This document shows positions 17,663-27,385 of a stretch of DNA of 64,000 bases, piece after piece. Below the pieces are notes generated by a model. The model ran no database searches. It worked only from the letters and a program-made list of their open reading frames with translations, and had not been told where the DNA came from. The position numbers were made by a program, and so were the translations under genes. Source of the stretch: Myxococcota bacterium (GTDB lineage Bacteria; Myxococcota_A; UBA796; UBA2385); the NCBI GenBank assembly GCA_044344255.1, contig JBIJDH010000011.1, forward strand, positions 32,001-96,000. Direction: 5' to 3'. Position 1 is the first letter of the stretch. The number at the start of each line of letters is the position of its first letter.

Positions 17663-18541
17663 ATGGCTGTACTCGTCAACAACGACACCCGTCTCGTCTG
17701 TCAGGGCATCACCGGCGCCTCCGGGAGCTACCACGCGAGCGCCTGCAAGGCCTACGGCACGAAGCTCGTCGCCGGCGTGACCCCCGGCAAGGGCGGCACC
17801 ACCTTCGAGGGCACGGTCCCGGTGTTCAACACCGTGGCCGAGGCCGTCCGAGAGGCCGGCGCCAACGCCACCATGATCTTCGTGCCGCCTCCGGGCGCGG
17901 CCGACGCCATCTGTGAGGCCGCCGACGCAGGGATCTCCCTCATCGTCGCCATCACCGAGGGCATCCCGGCCAACGACATGGTGCGGGCCTGGCGCTACCT
18001 GCAGGGCAAGAACGTCCGCCTGATCGGCCCCAACTGCCCTGGCGTCATCACGCCCGGGCAGTGCAAGATTGGCATCATGCCCGGGCACATCCACAAGCCC
18101 GGCAGCATCGGCGTGGTGAGCCGCTCCGGCACGCTCACCTACGAGGCCGTGGGCCAGCTCTCGCGCCTCGGGCTCGGGCAGTCCACCTGCATCGGCATCG
18201 GCGGTGACCCCATCATCGGCACCAACCACACCGACGCCCTCCGCCTCTTCAACGAGGACCCCGAGACCGAGGCGATCATTATGATCGGCGAGATCGGGGG
18301 CTCGGCCGAGGAGGCCGCCTGCGCCTACGCCAAGGAGCATGTGCGCAAGCCCATCATCGGCTTCATCGCCGGCTCCACGGCCCCCCCAGGGCGCCGCATG
18401 GGCCACGCGGGCGCCATCATCAGCGGCGGTCAGGGCCGCGCTGAGGACAAGTTCCGGGCCATGGAGGAGGCCGGCGTGCACATCGTGCGCAGCCCCGCCG
18501 AGATGGGTCGGAGAATGGCCGAGGTCCTGGGCCGCCTCTGA
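17663..18541 (+). CDS. sucD: Succinyl-CoA synthetase alpha subunit
   Basis: [38 protein letters not shown]. Confidence 0.97.
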   Translation: MAVLVNNDTRLVCQGITGASGSYHASACKAYGTKLVAGVTPGKGGTTFEGTVPVFNTVAEAVREAGANATMIFVPPPGAADAICEAADAGISLIVAITEGIPANDMVRAWRYLQGKNVRLIGPNCPGVITPGQCKIGIMPGHIHKPGSIGVVSRSGTLTYEAVGQLSRLGLGQSTCIGIGGDPIIGTNHTDALRLFNEDPETEAIIMIGEIGGSAEEAACAYAKEHVRKPIIGFIAGSTAPPGRRMGHAGAIISGGQGRAEDKFRAMEEAGVHIVRSPAEMGRRMAEVLGRL

Positions 18542-18565
18542 GCGGATCGAGGTAGGCGGGAGATG

Positions 18566-18597
18566 AGGCCCCGGGAGTCAACGGCTCCCGGGGCTTT
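18566..18597 (+). terminator. Intrinsic terminator after sucD
   Basis: GCCCCGGGAG / CTCCCGGGGC stem followed by TTTGT. Confidence 0.7.
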
Positions 18598-18678
18598 GTC
18601 GTCGCTGAACTGTGCGGACGCCCACCCGAACCCGGGTGGCCTCACTGAACGAAACACCCGCCGAGCTCACTCACGTGC

Positions 18679-19596
18679 TCACCCACAGGCCGCGAAGGCT
18701 CTCCGCACCGCCACCTTGACCATCTGCCGCCTCCACGCGGCGTTGTGGAGGTGGGTGCCCAGCGGCCGCGCGGCGACCCAGGCCTTCTCCTCCACCTCCT
18801 CGGGGCTGTCGCCGTCCACCTCGATCGGCGCGGGGCCGAGGGCGGAGATCACAGCCCGGCCGCCCGCGCCCCGCCGCTGGACGGCGACCAGCACGGCGCC
18901 AAAGTCGATGGCGCCGCGGAGGCGGATCTTGTGGTGGACGACGGGGTCGGTGGGGGCAGGCAGGATGACGCGGGTGAGCAGCTCTCCCGGCCGGGTGCGG
19001 AGCCACTGCCGCCCGTCGGCGCCGTCGTAGAGCCAGGAGACGGGCAGCTCTCGGAGGCCCTCGGGCGAGGCCAGCTCCACCCGCGCGCCGTAGAGCCAGA
19101 GCGGGGGCACCGTGTCGGCGGAGTGCGCGGCGTAGCAGCCGTCCCCCGCGGGGGCCACGTGACAGACGCGGCCCTCACACTTGAGGCAGCCGCCGATCGA
19201 CTCTCGCCAGCCGTCGGGCTGGTTGTAGAAGACGCAGCGGGTGTCGAGCATCACGTTGCCGCCGAGGGTCGCGGTGCCCTGGAGGGTGCGCGTGGCCACG
19301 CTGGCCGCCGCGGCGGCGAGGGCGGGGTAACGGGCGCCCACCACGGGGTGTGCGCGCAGCTCGGCGAGGGTGACCGCGGCGCCGATGCGGAGGCCGCCCC
19401 CGCTCTCGACGACCCCGCGGAGCTCGCTCAACCTGCGCAGGGAGACGAGGGTGGAGGGCGCCTGCAGGCGGTGCTTCATCGCGGGCAGGAGGTCGGTGCC
19501 GCCTGCGAGGTAACGGGCCTGGGGATCGGCCCCCAGGGCCGCCGCGTCTTCGAGGCGGTCGGGGGCGGCGTAGGAGAAGCGCGGGAGGGTGAGCAT
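18679..19596 (-). CDS. FAD-binding subunit of a xanthine-oxidase-family molybdoenzyme with [4Fe-4S] insert (4-hydroxybenzoyl-CoA reductase beta-like)
   Basis: LAGGTDLLP, ATLGGNVMLDTRCVFYNQ..W....GCLK..G.VCHV......CYA (four-Cys insert as in HcrB), KIRLRGAIDF. True start ATG 19596 overlaps the upstream stop. Confidence 0.85.
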   Translation of the reverse strand: MLTLPRFSYAAPDRLEDAAALGADPQARYLAGGTDLLPAMKHRLQAPSTLVSLRRLSELRGVVESGGGLRIGAAVTLAELRAHPVVGARYPALAAAAASVATRTLQGTATLGGNVMLDTRCVFYNQPDGWRESIGGCLKCEGRVCHVAPAGDGCYAAHSADTVPPLWLYGARVELASPEGLRELPVSWLYDGADGRQWLRTRPGELLTRVILPAPTDPVVHHKIRLRGAIDFGAVLVAVQRRGAGGRAVISALGPAPIEVDGDSPEEVEEKAWVAARPLGTHLHNAAWRRQMVKVAVRRAFAACG

Positions 19597-21935
19597 CAGC
19601 GGGGCCCCTTCTGGCGCAGCGCGCGGAGCACCTTGTCGGGCGTGAAGGGGGGGCGGGCGAACCAGACCCCGGTGGCGTCGTGCAGCGCGTTGGCGATGGC
19701 CGGGACCGTGGAGAGCTGCGGCCCCTCGCCCACCTCCTTGGCGCCGAAGGGGCCCTCGCGGTCTCGCGACTCGACGAGGAAGACCTCGACGGGCGGCGAG
19801 TCGGCGGCGGTGGGGATGCGGTACTCGAGGATCGAGGGCGCCCGCAGCCGCCCCTCCCGGTACTCCTGCTCCTCGAGCAGGGCCTCCCCCACGCCCATGT
19901 AGACGCAGCCCTCGACCTGTCCGCGCGCGATCTCGGGGTGCAGAACCCGGCCGAGATCGTGGGCGCACCAGACGCGGTCGATGTGGACCTCCCCGGTGTC
20001 GGGGTCGACCGTGAGCTCCACCACCTGGGCGGTGAAGGAGTAGGCCGGCGAGGGGCCCACGCTCTGGCGGCGGAAGCGGCTGCCGATCTTCGGCGGGCGG
20101 TAGGAGCCGGTGGCGCCGATGGTGCCCTCGGCGGCCTCCACCTCGGCCACGAGGGTGAGCCAGCCCACCCCCTTCGTGTCGTCTCCCCGCAGCGAATACC
20201 GGCCGTCCCGGGCGACGACCTCGTCCTCCGGGCAGCCAAGCTGTCGGGCGGCGGCGGCGACAAAGCGCGCCCTCAAGCGATCTGCAGCGTGTAACGCCGC
20301 GTTACCCGCCATGAAGGTGACGCGGCTCGAGTAGGAGCCGAGGTCAACCGGCGTGAGGTCGGTGTCGGCCTCCACCACCGTGATGTCCTCGGGCTGGAGG
20401 CCGAGGCGCTCAGCGACCACCACCGCGAGCATGTGATTGCTGCCCTGCCCCACATCGGCGGTGCCCGAGAAGACCGTCACCCGCCCCGAGCGGTCGACCT
20501 TGATCTGCACGCCGGACTGCGGGAGCTCGTTGGCCGCCGGCGAGTGCAGCGCCCCGCACATATACGCGCTGGTCGCGAGGCCGATGCCGCGGAAGGGGCC
20601 GAGCTGGCCTCGCTTCTGGCGGTACCCGCTGGCCTCAACCACCCGGTCGATACACTCCTTCAGGCCGACGCTCGTGACCCGGAGGCCGTTGATGGTCTCG
20701 GTGTCGGGCTGCACGCAGCCCTGGAGGCGGACCTCCGCGGGGTCGAGGCCGAGGGCGTGGGCCATGCGGTCGAGGTGGACCTCGAGCGCGAAGCGGGGCT
20801 GGATCGCCCCGTGGCCCCGCTTGGGCCCGCATGGGGGGTGGTTGGTGTAGACCCGCGTGGCCTTGAAGCGGTAGTGGTCGAGCCGGTAGGGCAGGGTGCC
20901 GAAGACGCCGAGGTAGTAGCTCGTGACCACCCCGTAGCTCGCGTAGGCGCCCCCCTCGGCGAGGGCGACGAGGTCTACCGCCGTGATGCGCCCCTCCGCG
21001 GTCATGCCCATCTTCACGCGCATCCGCGTCGGGTGCCGCCCGCGGTGGGCGTAGAAGACCTCCTCCCGCTCCAGCTTGAAGCGGACCGGCCGCCCGAGGC
21101 GCCGCGCGAGGTAGGCGGCCAGCACGTCGGTGACGAAGGTGTCGCACTTCCCGCCGTAGCCGGCGCCCACCTCCGGCTTGATCACGCGGAGCTGAGACTC
21201 CGGCATCCCGAGCACCCGCGCCAGGGTGCGATGCATCGGGTGGGGGTTCTGCGTGCTCGACCAGACCGTGAGCCGCCCGCCCGGCCCCGGCGCGGCGAGG
21301 GCGGCGTGCGGCTCGAGCGGGACGTGGGTGGAGCCCGGATAGTGGTACTCCGCCTCGAGCACGAGGTGGGAGCTGGCGAAGGCGGCGTCGGGCTCCCCGA
21401 AGGACTGCTCCACCGAGCGCAGCACGTTGCTCTTCTTCCGCGCCTCGTCGTGGATGGCGCCCTGGCTCGGGTCGAGGGCGTCCTCAGCGGTGAAGATGGG
21501 GGGCAGGGGCTCGTAGACGACCCGGATCAGGCGCGTGGCGTCCCGCGCGATCTCCTCGGTCACCGCGGCCACGCAGGCCACCGGCTCGCCCACGTAGCGC
21601 ACCTTGCCGATGGCGAGGGCCGTCTCGTCTTGCATCACGGGGATGGCGCCGTAGCGCACCGGCAGGGACTCCCCCGTCACCACCGCGAGCACGCCGGGCA
21701 GCGCCAGAGCCGCCCGCGTGTCGACCGTGAGGATGCGCGCGTGGGGGTGCGGGGAGCGCAGGACCTTGGCGTGCGCGAGGCGCGGGAGCTCGATGTCTGC
21801 GGTGTAACGCGCGCTCCCGTCTACCCGACCCACGCCGTCGATGCGGCCCCTCCCGCCGCTGCCCACCACGCCGCCCTGGGCGGCCTCGGTGGCGTGGGTG
21901 TCGTCGGGCCCCATGAAGCCGGTGGTGTCGCTCAT
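19596..21935 (-). CDS. Molybdopterin-binding large subunit, xanthine dehydrogenase family (4-hydroxybenzoyl-CoA reductase alpha-like)
   Basis: LRSPHPHARI, RVYTNHPPCGPKRGHG, DVGQGSN, DLGSYSSRVTFMAGNA, GPFGAKEVGEG. Confidence 0.88.
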   Translation of the reverse strand: MSDTTGFMGPDDTHATEAAQGGVVGSGGRGRIDGVGRVDGSARYTADIELPRLAHAKVLRSPHPHARILTVDTRAALALPGVLAVVTGESLPVRYGAIPVMQDETALAIGKVRYVGEPVACVAAVTEEIARDATRLIRVVYEPLPPIFTAEDALDPSQGAIHDEARKKSNVLRSVEQSFGEPDAAFASSHLVLEAEYHYPGSTHVPLEPHAALAAPGPGGRLTVWSSTQNPHPMHRTLARVLGMPESQLRVIKPEVGAGYGGKCDTFVTDVLAAYLARRLGRPVRFKLEREEVFYAHRGRHPTRMRVKMGMTAEGRITAVDLVALAEGGAYASYGVVTSYYLGVFGTLPYRLDHYRFKATRVYTNHPPCGPKRGHGAIQPRFALEVHLDRMAHALGLDPAEVRLQGCVQPDTETINGLRVTSVGLKECIDRVVEASGYRQKRGQLGPFRGIGLATSAYMCGALHSPAANELPQSGVQIKVDRSGRVTVFSGTADVGQGSNHMLAVVVAERLGLQPEDITVVEADTDLTPVDLGSYSSRVTFMAGNAALHAADRLRARFVAAAARQLGCPEDEVVARDGRYSLRGDDTKGVGWLTLVAEVEAAEGTIGATGSYRPPKIGSRFRRQSVGPSPAYSFTAQVVELTVDPDTGEVHIDRVWCAHDLGRVLHPEIARGQVEGCVYMGVGEALLEEQEYREGRLRAPSILEYRIPTAADSPPVEVFLVESRDREGPFGAKEVGEGPQLSTVPAIANALHDATGVWFARPPFTPDKVLRALRQKGPR

Positions 21936-21996
21936 CGCGGCCGCTTAACCCGGAGGCGGCGCGGGACGGCGAGCCGCTCCGACCACAGGAGGGTGA

Positions 21997-22692
21997 ATGC
22001 AGGCGGTCCTCTTCGATCTCGACGGCACCCTGATCGACTCCAGCGAGGCCATCGTCGCCGCGCTCGACGCCTCCTTGGACGAGCGCGGTCACCCGCCGGT
22101 GGCCCCCGAGGCGGGGCGGGCGCTCATCGGGCTGCCGCTGCTCGTGATGTTCCCCCGCCTCATCGAGACCCCGCTCGACGAGGCCGAGCTCCACGCCCTC
22201 ATCGAGGCCTATCGTCGCCACTACGTGCCCCTCGCCCACCGCCTCGAGCGCACCTTTGACGGTGTGCCCGCGCTGCTCCGGGCCCTGGTGCGGGCGGGTC
22301 GCCGCCTCGCCATCGTGACCAGCAAGGCCACCGCGGGGGCCGAGGCCGCCCTCGCCCGCGCCGGCCTCCGGGAGCACTTCGAGGTGGTGCTCGGCTACGA
22401 CGCTGTCACGCGGCCCAAGCCCGCGCCGGACCTCGCCCAGGCCGCCCTCGCCGCCCTCGGCCTGCCCCCAGACCGCGCGATCCTCGTGGGGGACACCGAC
22501 TACGACCTCGAGATGGGCGCGCGCGCCGGGGTCACCAGCGTCGGCGTCGGCTGGGGAGCCCACCCGCGGGAGCGGCTCGAGGCCGCGCGCCCCTCCGCCA
22601 TCGTCGATGATCTGCCGGCGCTGGCGCGTGTCCTCGGCCTCTCGACGGAGGATCTCGCGCCCTCTGAACGAGAGGGGAGCCCTACGAGATAG
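21997..22692 (+). CDS. HAD-superfamily hydrolase (phosphoglycolate phosphatase-like)
   Basis: FDLDGTLIDS, IVTSK, KPAPD, VGDTDYD. Confidence 0.9.
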   Translation: MQAVLFDLDGTLIDSSEAIVAALDASLDERGHPPVAPEAGRALIGLPLLVMFPRLIETPLDEAELHALIEAYRRHYVPLAHRLERTFDGVPALLRALVRAGRRLAIVTSKATAGAEAALARAGLREHFEVVLGYDAVTRPKPAPDLAQAALAALGLPPDRAILVGDTDYDLEMGARAGVTSVGVGWGAHPRERLEAARPSAIVDDLPALARVLGLSTEDLAPSEREGSPTR

Positions 22693-22718
22693 GATGCCGA
22701 TCCCCTGGAGCTGGCCCC

Positions 22719-25622
22719 ATGGCTGACATCCTCCGCGGTCCAAGCTGGGCCACCCTCCCCTCGGACCCCGCCCTCCCGCCCCATGCGCCGCTCACCCGGC
22801 GCCTGACCGCCGCCTTCGAGCAGGGCCGCCTCACCGGAGCGGCCGATCTGCCCGCGGTCTCTGGCCTCTCCCCGCTCGTCTTCGCACGCTGGCTCTATCG
22901 GGGATGGCTGGAGTCGCAGCCTCGTTGGCGAGCCTTTGTCCACATTGACCCCGCGCGGCTCGACGCCCCCCGTTCGGGTCGCTCCGGGATCGCGACCGAA
23001 CAACGCGCCGCGGCGCTCTCCGACAGCTTCGAGCAGGCGGCCGGCGGCTGGCTCCTGCTCGACCTCGGCTGGGAGAGCCTCGACGATCGGGCCGCCCTCG
23101 CCGCCCGGGCGCAAGGGCTGGGCATCCGCCTCCTCCTGGCGACGCCGGGCCCCCCGGAGCCAATCCCCGCCGAGCTCTCCCGTCGAATCAGCCGGCTGGA
23201 CCCGCTCCACCTCATCGCGACCGACCCCTCCCTCACCCTGGTGCGGCGCAGCCTGCTCGGCCACTGCCGGGCGGCGGGGGTGGTCCACCTCCACGGGCCG
23301 GTGGGGACGGGCAAACGTTCGCTCTGCCGCTGGGCCCACGCCACCCAGGACGATCGCCCGCTGCACCGGGTCCAGGCCGGTCAGAGCGCGCCCCCCGCGG
23401 GCGCCCCCCTGGTCACCGGCTGGCTGGTCTTCGAGGAGGTCACCGCGATCGCGCCGCCCCAGCTCGCCCCGCTGCGGGAGCGCCTCGCCGGAGCCGTCGA
23501 TCCCTGGCCCGCCTCCGCCCCCCGTGGGCTCGGCGCCGAGCCCTCCAGCCGTCCAAATGATGACGCTTTTCAGTACATCATCGGAGACAGCCCGGCGCTG
23601 CGGCGGGTGCTGCACAAGGCGGCCCGCTACGCGCCGAGCGCCCTCCCCCTGCTGGTCCGCGGGCCCACGGGCTCCGGCAAGGAGCTCCTCGCCCGCGCGG
23701 TGCACCACGCCAGCGGCCGACGCGGCAAGCTGGTCTCCGTCGACCTCAACGCCGTCACCGAGGGCCTCCTCGAGTCTGCCCTCTTCGGCCACGTCAAGGG
23801 CGCCTTCACCGGGGCCGACCGCGAGCGCGCGGGCGCCCTCCGCGACGCTCGGGGGGGCACGCTCTTCCTCGATGAGCTCGGCAACCTCAGCCTCGGGGTG
23901 CAGGCCAAGCTGCTGCGGGTGCTGGAGACCCGCATGGTCCAGCCCGTGGGCTCCGATCAGGTCTTCCCCGTCGATGTCCGGGTGGTCGCCGCCACCAACG
24001 CCGACCTCGAGGGGATGGTGGCCCGCGGCGAATTCCGGGAAGACCTGCTCTTTCGCTTCAACCCGGCGGCCACGCTCTGGCTCCCGCCCCTCTCCGAGCG
24101 GCCCGAAGACCTCCCAGCGCTGGCCCGCCGCTTCGTGGCCGAGACGCTCGGCGTAGACGAGGGGCCCGAGCTCCACCCCGACGCCGTCGGCTGCCTGATG
24201 GATCACGGTTGGCCCGGCAACATTCGAGAGCTCCGCCACGTGATGGAGGCCGCGGCGATCGAGTCGGGCGGTCAGACGATCCGCCAGGAGCACCTGGGCG
24301 ACCTCGGGCAGCGCGGCGCGCCCTCCCCCCTGCTCGTGACCAGCAGCCACCAGGACCTCAGCGCCACCCCCGCCGGCCTCCCCCGCGACCTCTGGCAGCA
24401 GATCTGCGCCGTCACGATGACGCTCCCCGCCGTCGCGGAGCGGAGCTCGATCGCCGTGCGCAGCGCCATCCTCGGCCAGCTCGGCGGCCGGCCGATCCGA
24501 GCGGAGGCCCTCGCCTCCTTGGAGAACCGCCCCTGGTGGGGCAACTACTCCGAGCTCTCCCGCGCCATGGAGGCCGTCCGCGGCAACATCGAGGGCGTCA
24601 TCGACAGCGCCGCCCTCCAGCGGAGCCTCCCCCACCTCCTCCAGGGGGAGGGCCGCGCCCCCATCCACCTGCTGATGTTCCCCATCCTGAGCGCGAACGG
24701 GGAGGTGGCGGGCCTCCGGCAGGTCTTCCACGAGGGGGCCGTGCTGATCGGTCGAGTCGGCAGCCTGGGCGAGGTGATCGGGGGTCCCGGGGGCGGCGAC
24801 AGCCGCTTGGAACGAAGGCGCGAGACCCTCCGGCGCCTGCTGGGCCCCATCCAGCCGGGCTTCCTCCGCCTCGACCACGTCATCGAGGTCAGCCGGGCCC
24901 ACCTCCTCCTGCTCCGGGACGGGCCGGGGACGGTGGTTCACCTCATGCCCGACGTCGGCCTCCAGGTCTGGGCGGGCCCCATCGAGGGCGCCTCCCGCCC
25001 CGACGGGCAGTGGCCGCTCCACCTCGTCACCGCCGACGAGCCCGTCGACATCGGGCCCGCAGGGGAGATCCAGATCCGGCTCGCCGGGGCGGAGGGCTTC
25101 CTGGTGCGCCTCTTCGTCACCGCTGGCGCGGTGGCCCTCGAGGAGTATCGGAGCGCCCTCCGCGCGCGCCTCTCGCCCGCCCACGCCACCCAGGTCGGGG
25201 CGCGGCCCGCCGTCGCGTCTCCGCCCGCCGGTCAGTCCGCACCGCCCGCCCCGCCCGCCGCGCCCCTGCCCTCCGCCCCCGACGGGGGGCCGCCCGCCAA
25301 CCGCGTCTGGGTGCTGGACGCCGCCGAGCGCGCGGCGATGAACGAGATCATCCTCCACGGGGCGCAGCGAGGCGGCTCCTTCTCCAGCCACCTCCACGTC
25401 GAGGGCCGGCGACTGCTCTTCGAACCCAAGCTCCGCCGCCTCGGGCAGTACCTCGACAGCCGCCACCCCACCCAGTCCGCCTCCCGCCTCTACCTCCACG
25501 AGCCGAACGAGCCCCTCCGCGTCGAGCTGGCCGAGCGCCTGGAGGCGGCCGCAGAGGGGCCGGAGCTGTGGGAGCGCCTGCCGAAGAACATCCGCGGCGC
25601 GCTCCCCGGCGGTCCGGCGTGA
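22719..25622 (+). CDS. Atypical multidomain sigma54-dependent activator (intact AAA+ core, extra degenerate AAA+ modules, FHA-like domain)
   Basis: GPTGSGKE, ESALFGHVKGAFTGA, GTLFLDE, FREDLLFR, WPGNIREL; additional AAA-like and GR...SRAH motifs. Confidence 0.8.
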   Translation: MADILRGPSWATLPSDPALPPHAPLTRRLTAAFEQGRLTGAADLPAVSGLSPLVFARWLYRGWLESQPRWRAFVHIDPARLDAPRSGRSGIATEQRAAALSDSFEQAAGGWLLLDLGWESLDDRAALAARAQGLGIRLLLATPGPPEPIPAELSRRISRLDPLHLIATDPSLTLVRRSLLGHCRAAGVVHLHGPVGTGKRSLCRWAHATQDDRPLHRVQAGQSAPPAGAPLVTGWLVFEEVTAIAPPQLAPLRERLAGAVDPWPASAPRGLGAEPSSRPNDDAFQYIIGDSPALRRVLHKAARYAPSALPLLVRGPTGSGKELLARAVHHASGRRGKLVSVDLNAVTEGLLESALFGHVKGAFTGADRERAGALRDARGGTLFLDELGNLSLGVQAKLLRVLETRMVQPVGSDQVFPVDVRVVAATNADLEGMVARGEFREDLLFRFNPAATLWLPPLSERPEDLPALARRFVAETLGVDEGPELHPDAVGCLMDHGWPGNIRELRHVMEAAAIESGGQTIRQEHLGDLGQRGAPSPLLVTSSHQDLSATPAGLPRDLWQQICAVTMTLPAVAERSSIAVRSAILGQLGGRPIRAEALASLENRPWWGNYSELSRAMEAVRGNIEGVIDSAALQRSLPHLLQGEGRAPIHLLMFPILSANGEVAGLRQVFHEGAVLIGRVGSLGEVIGGPGGGDSRLERRRETLRRLLGPIQPGFLRLDHVIEVSRAHLLLLRDGPGTVVHLMPDVGLQVWAGPIEGASRPDGQWPLHLVTADEPVDIGPAGEIQIRLAGAEGFLVRLFVTAGAVALEEYRSALRARLSPAHATQVGARPAVASPPAGQSAPPAPPAAPLPSAPDGGPPANRVWVLDAAERAAMNEIILHGAQRGGSFSSHLHVEGRRLLFEPKLRRLGQYLDSRHPTQSASRLYLHEPNEPLRVELAERLEAAAEGPELWERLPKNIRGALPGGPA

Positions 25623-27376
25623 CCCAGACACGCGGCCGTCCGCTCCGCCTCGTGCTGGGGGGTGGGCTGGCGCTCAGCCTGCTCTGCCTGGGCCTCTTCG
25701 GCTGGCTCGGCGCGCAGATCCACCCCGAGCCCGCCGCCGCCGGGCTCCGCCACCGCCCGGCGCCCGCGGGGGCCCGCTCCCTCGGCGCGACCCCCTCCGG
25801 GCCGAGCGAGCCCGGCTGCCTCGTGCAGGTGACCGTGACCGGAGAGCAGGGGCCCCTGGCCGAGGCCGAGCTCCGCGTCGGCGAACACCCGAGCGCCCTC
25901 GGCGAGCCCCTCAGCACGGACGCGTCCGGGCGGGCCTCGAGCGTCGTCCCCTGTGGCCCCGTCCACCTCGCGGCCGAGGCCGACGGCTACGCGCCCGCCC
26001 GCGACCTCATCATCGTCGACGTGGGCGAAGCCCAGGAGATCGTCATCGCGCTCCGTCGCGGGCGCCTCGTGGTCGGCACGGTCTCAGACCCTGCGGGGCG
26101 CCCGATCGCCACCGCCTCCGTCCTCTCCGGCGCCTCCTCCACCGAGACCGAGGCCGACGGTGCCTACAGCATCGTCGTGCCTTATGACCCCTCCGCCCTC
26201 TCGGTGAGCGCCCTCGGCTACGATGAAGCGGTGGTCGAGCTGGCTGCCCTGCCCACCGATAGCACGGAGCCCACCACCGTCGATGTGACGCTCGAGCCCA
26301 ACCACGACGTCGCCGTCTGGTGCCTCGGCATGCCGGGCGACATCTGCCCCGACATGCCGCTCTTCTGCACCTCGCCCTGGCTCTTGATGGGAGAGGAGTG
26401 CAACCGTCGCGAGCGCTGGCCGCTGGAGCCCATCACCCTCTGCCCCTGCCCCGACGGCGAGGTGGCGGTGCGCGGCGGCGGCGCGTCGGTGTTGGTGCCC
26501 GCCGACGAACACGAGGCCTGGCTCGACCTCGAGGACGCCGGGAGCGTGTCGGGGCGGGTCGTCTCCAAGACCTCGGCGCTCAGCCGCTGCAGCGTCGAGC
26601 TCATCCGCATCCCCGAGGCCCTCGAAGACCTCCCCCGCGGCGTGCTGGTGGCCCAGCGGGTGGACTGCGCCGAAGACGGCGCCTTCCGAGCGGAGGGCGT
26701 CGTCGCGGGAGACTGGGAGCTGCACGTCGAGGGCAGCCTCCTGCCGTCGGGTGAGCGAAAGGAGCGCACCCTGCCCCCGCTGCGGGTGGGCCCCGGCGCC
26801 GACGTCGACGTGGGCACCGTAACGCTCGAGGGCGGCGGCTCCGTCGCCGGGCTGCTCGTGGACGGCCTCACCGGCCAGCCCCTCCCCTACCAGCCGGTGG
26901 TCGGGGTGCGCTGGAGCGCAGGCGCAGAGCGCAGCGCGGTGCTCGGCGGGCAGAGCGACGAGGCGGGCCAGTTCCGAATCGAGGGCATGCCCCCGGGGAC
27001 ATGGTCCCTCTCCCACATCCTCGCCCCCCAAGACGCCATCGAGGTGGAGGTGCGGGAGGGTGAGCTCACCGACGGCCTCCGCCTCGAGACCAGCGACGCC
27101 ACCGCCCTCGACGTCAACGGCTTCGCGCTCTCCGAAGAGGAGGGCCAGCTCGTCGTCGCCGACGTCGAAGAGGGGAGCCCGGCCGACCTCGCGGGGCTCG
27201 AGGCGGGGGAGGTGGTGGTGGGGGTCCGCCTCGCCGGCCTCGACCTCGGCAGCAGCTTCGGGGGGAAGGGCGCCCTGATCAACCGCTTCGTCCTTGGCCA
27301 CTGGGATGGGCCCGGCGTCACCCTCGTGGTCCAAGGGGAGGACGGCGAGGAGGAGCTCGTGCCGCTCGACTGGTGA
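25619..27376 (+). CDS. Membrane-anchored protein with carboxypeptidase-regulatory-like (CarboxypepD_reg) repeats and a C-terminal PDZ domain
   Basis: GTGA overlap with the upstream stop; N-terminal TM; GTVSDPAGRPIATASV, GQFRIEGMPPGTW; VADVEEGSPADLAGLEAGEVVVGV (PDZ). Confidence 0.75.
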   Translation: MTQTRGRPLRLVLGGGLALSLLCLGLFGWLGAQIHPEPAAAGLRHRPAPAGARSLGATPSGPSEPGCLVQVTVTGEQGPLAEAELRVGEHPSALGEPLSTDASGRASSVVPCGPVHLAAEADGYAPARDLIIVDVGEAQEIVIALRRGRLVVGTVSDPAGRPIATASVLSGASSTETEADGAYSIVVPYDPSALSVSALGYDEAVVELAALPTDSTEPTTVDVTLEPNHDVAVWCLGMPGDICPDMPLFCTSPWLLMGEECNRRERWPLEPITLCPCPDGEVAVRGGGASVLVPADEHEAWLDLEDAGSVSGRVVSKTSALSRCSVELIRIPEALEDLPRGVLVAQRVDCAEDGAFRAEGVVAGDWELHVEGSLLPSGERKERTLPPLRVGPGADVDVGTVTLEGGGSVAGLLVDGLTGQPLPYQPVVGVRWSAGAERSAVLGGQSDEAGQFRIEGMPPGTWSLSHILAPQDAIEVEVREGELTDGLRLETSDATALDVNGFALSEEEGQLVVADVEEGSPADLAGLEAGEVVVGVRLAGLDLGSSFGGKGALINRFVLGHWDGPGVTLVVQGEDGEEELVPLDW

Positions 27377-27385
27377 GGCCCCCCC

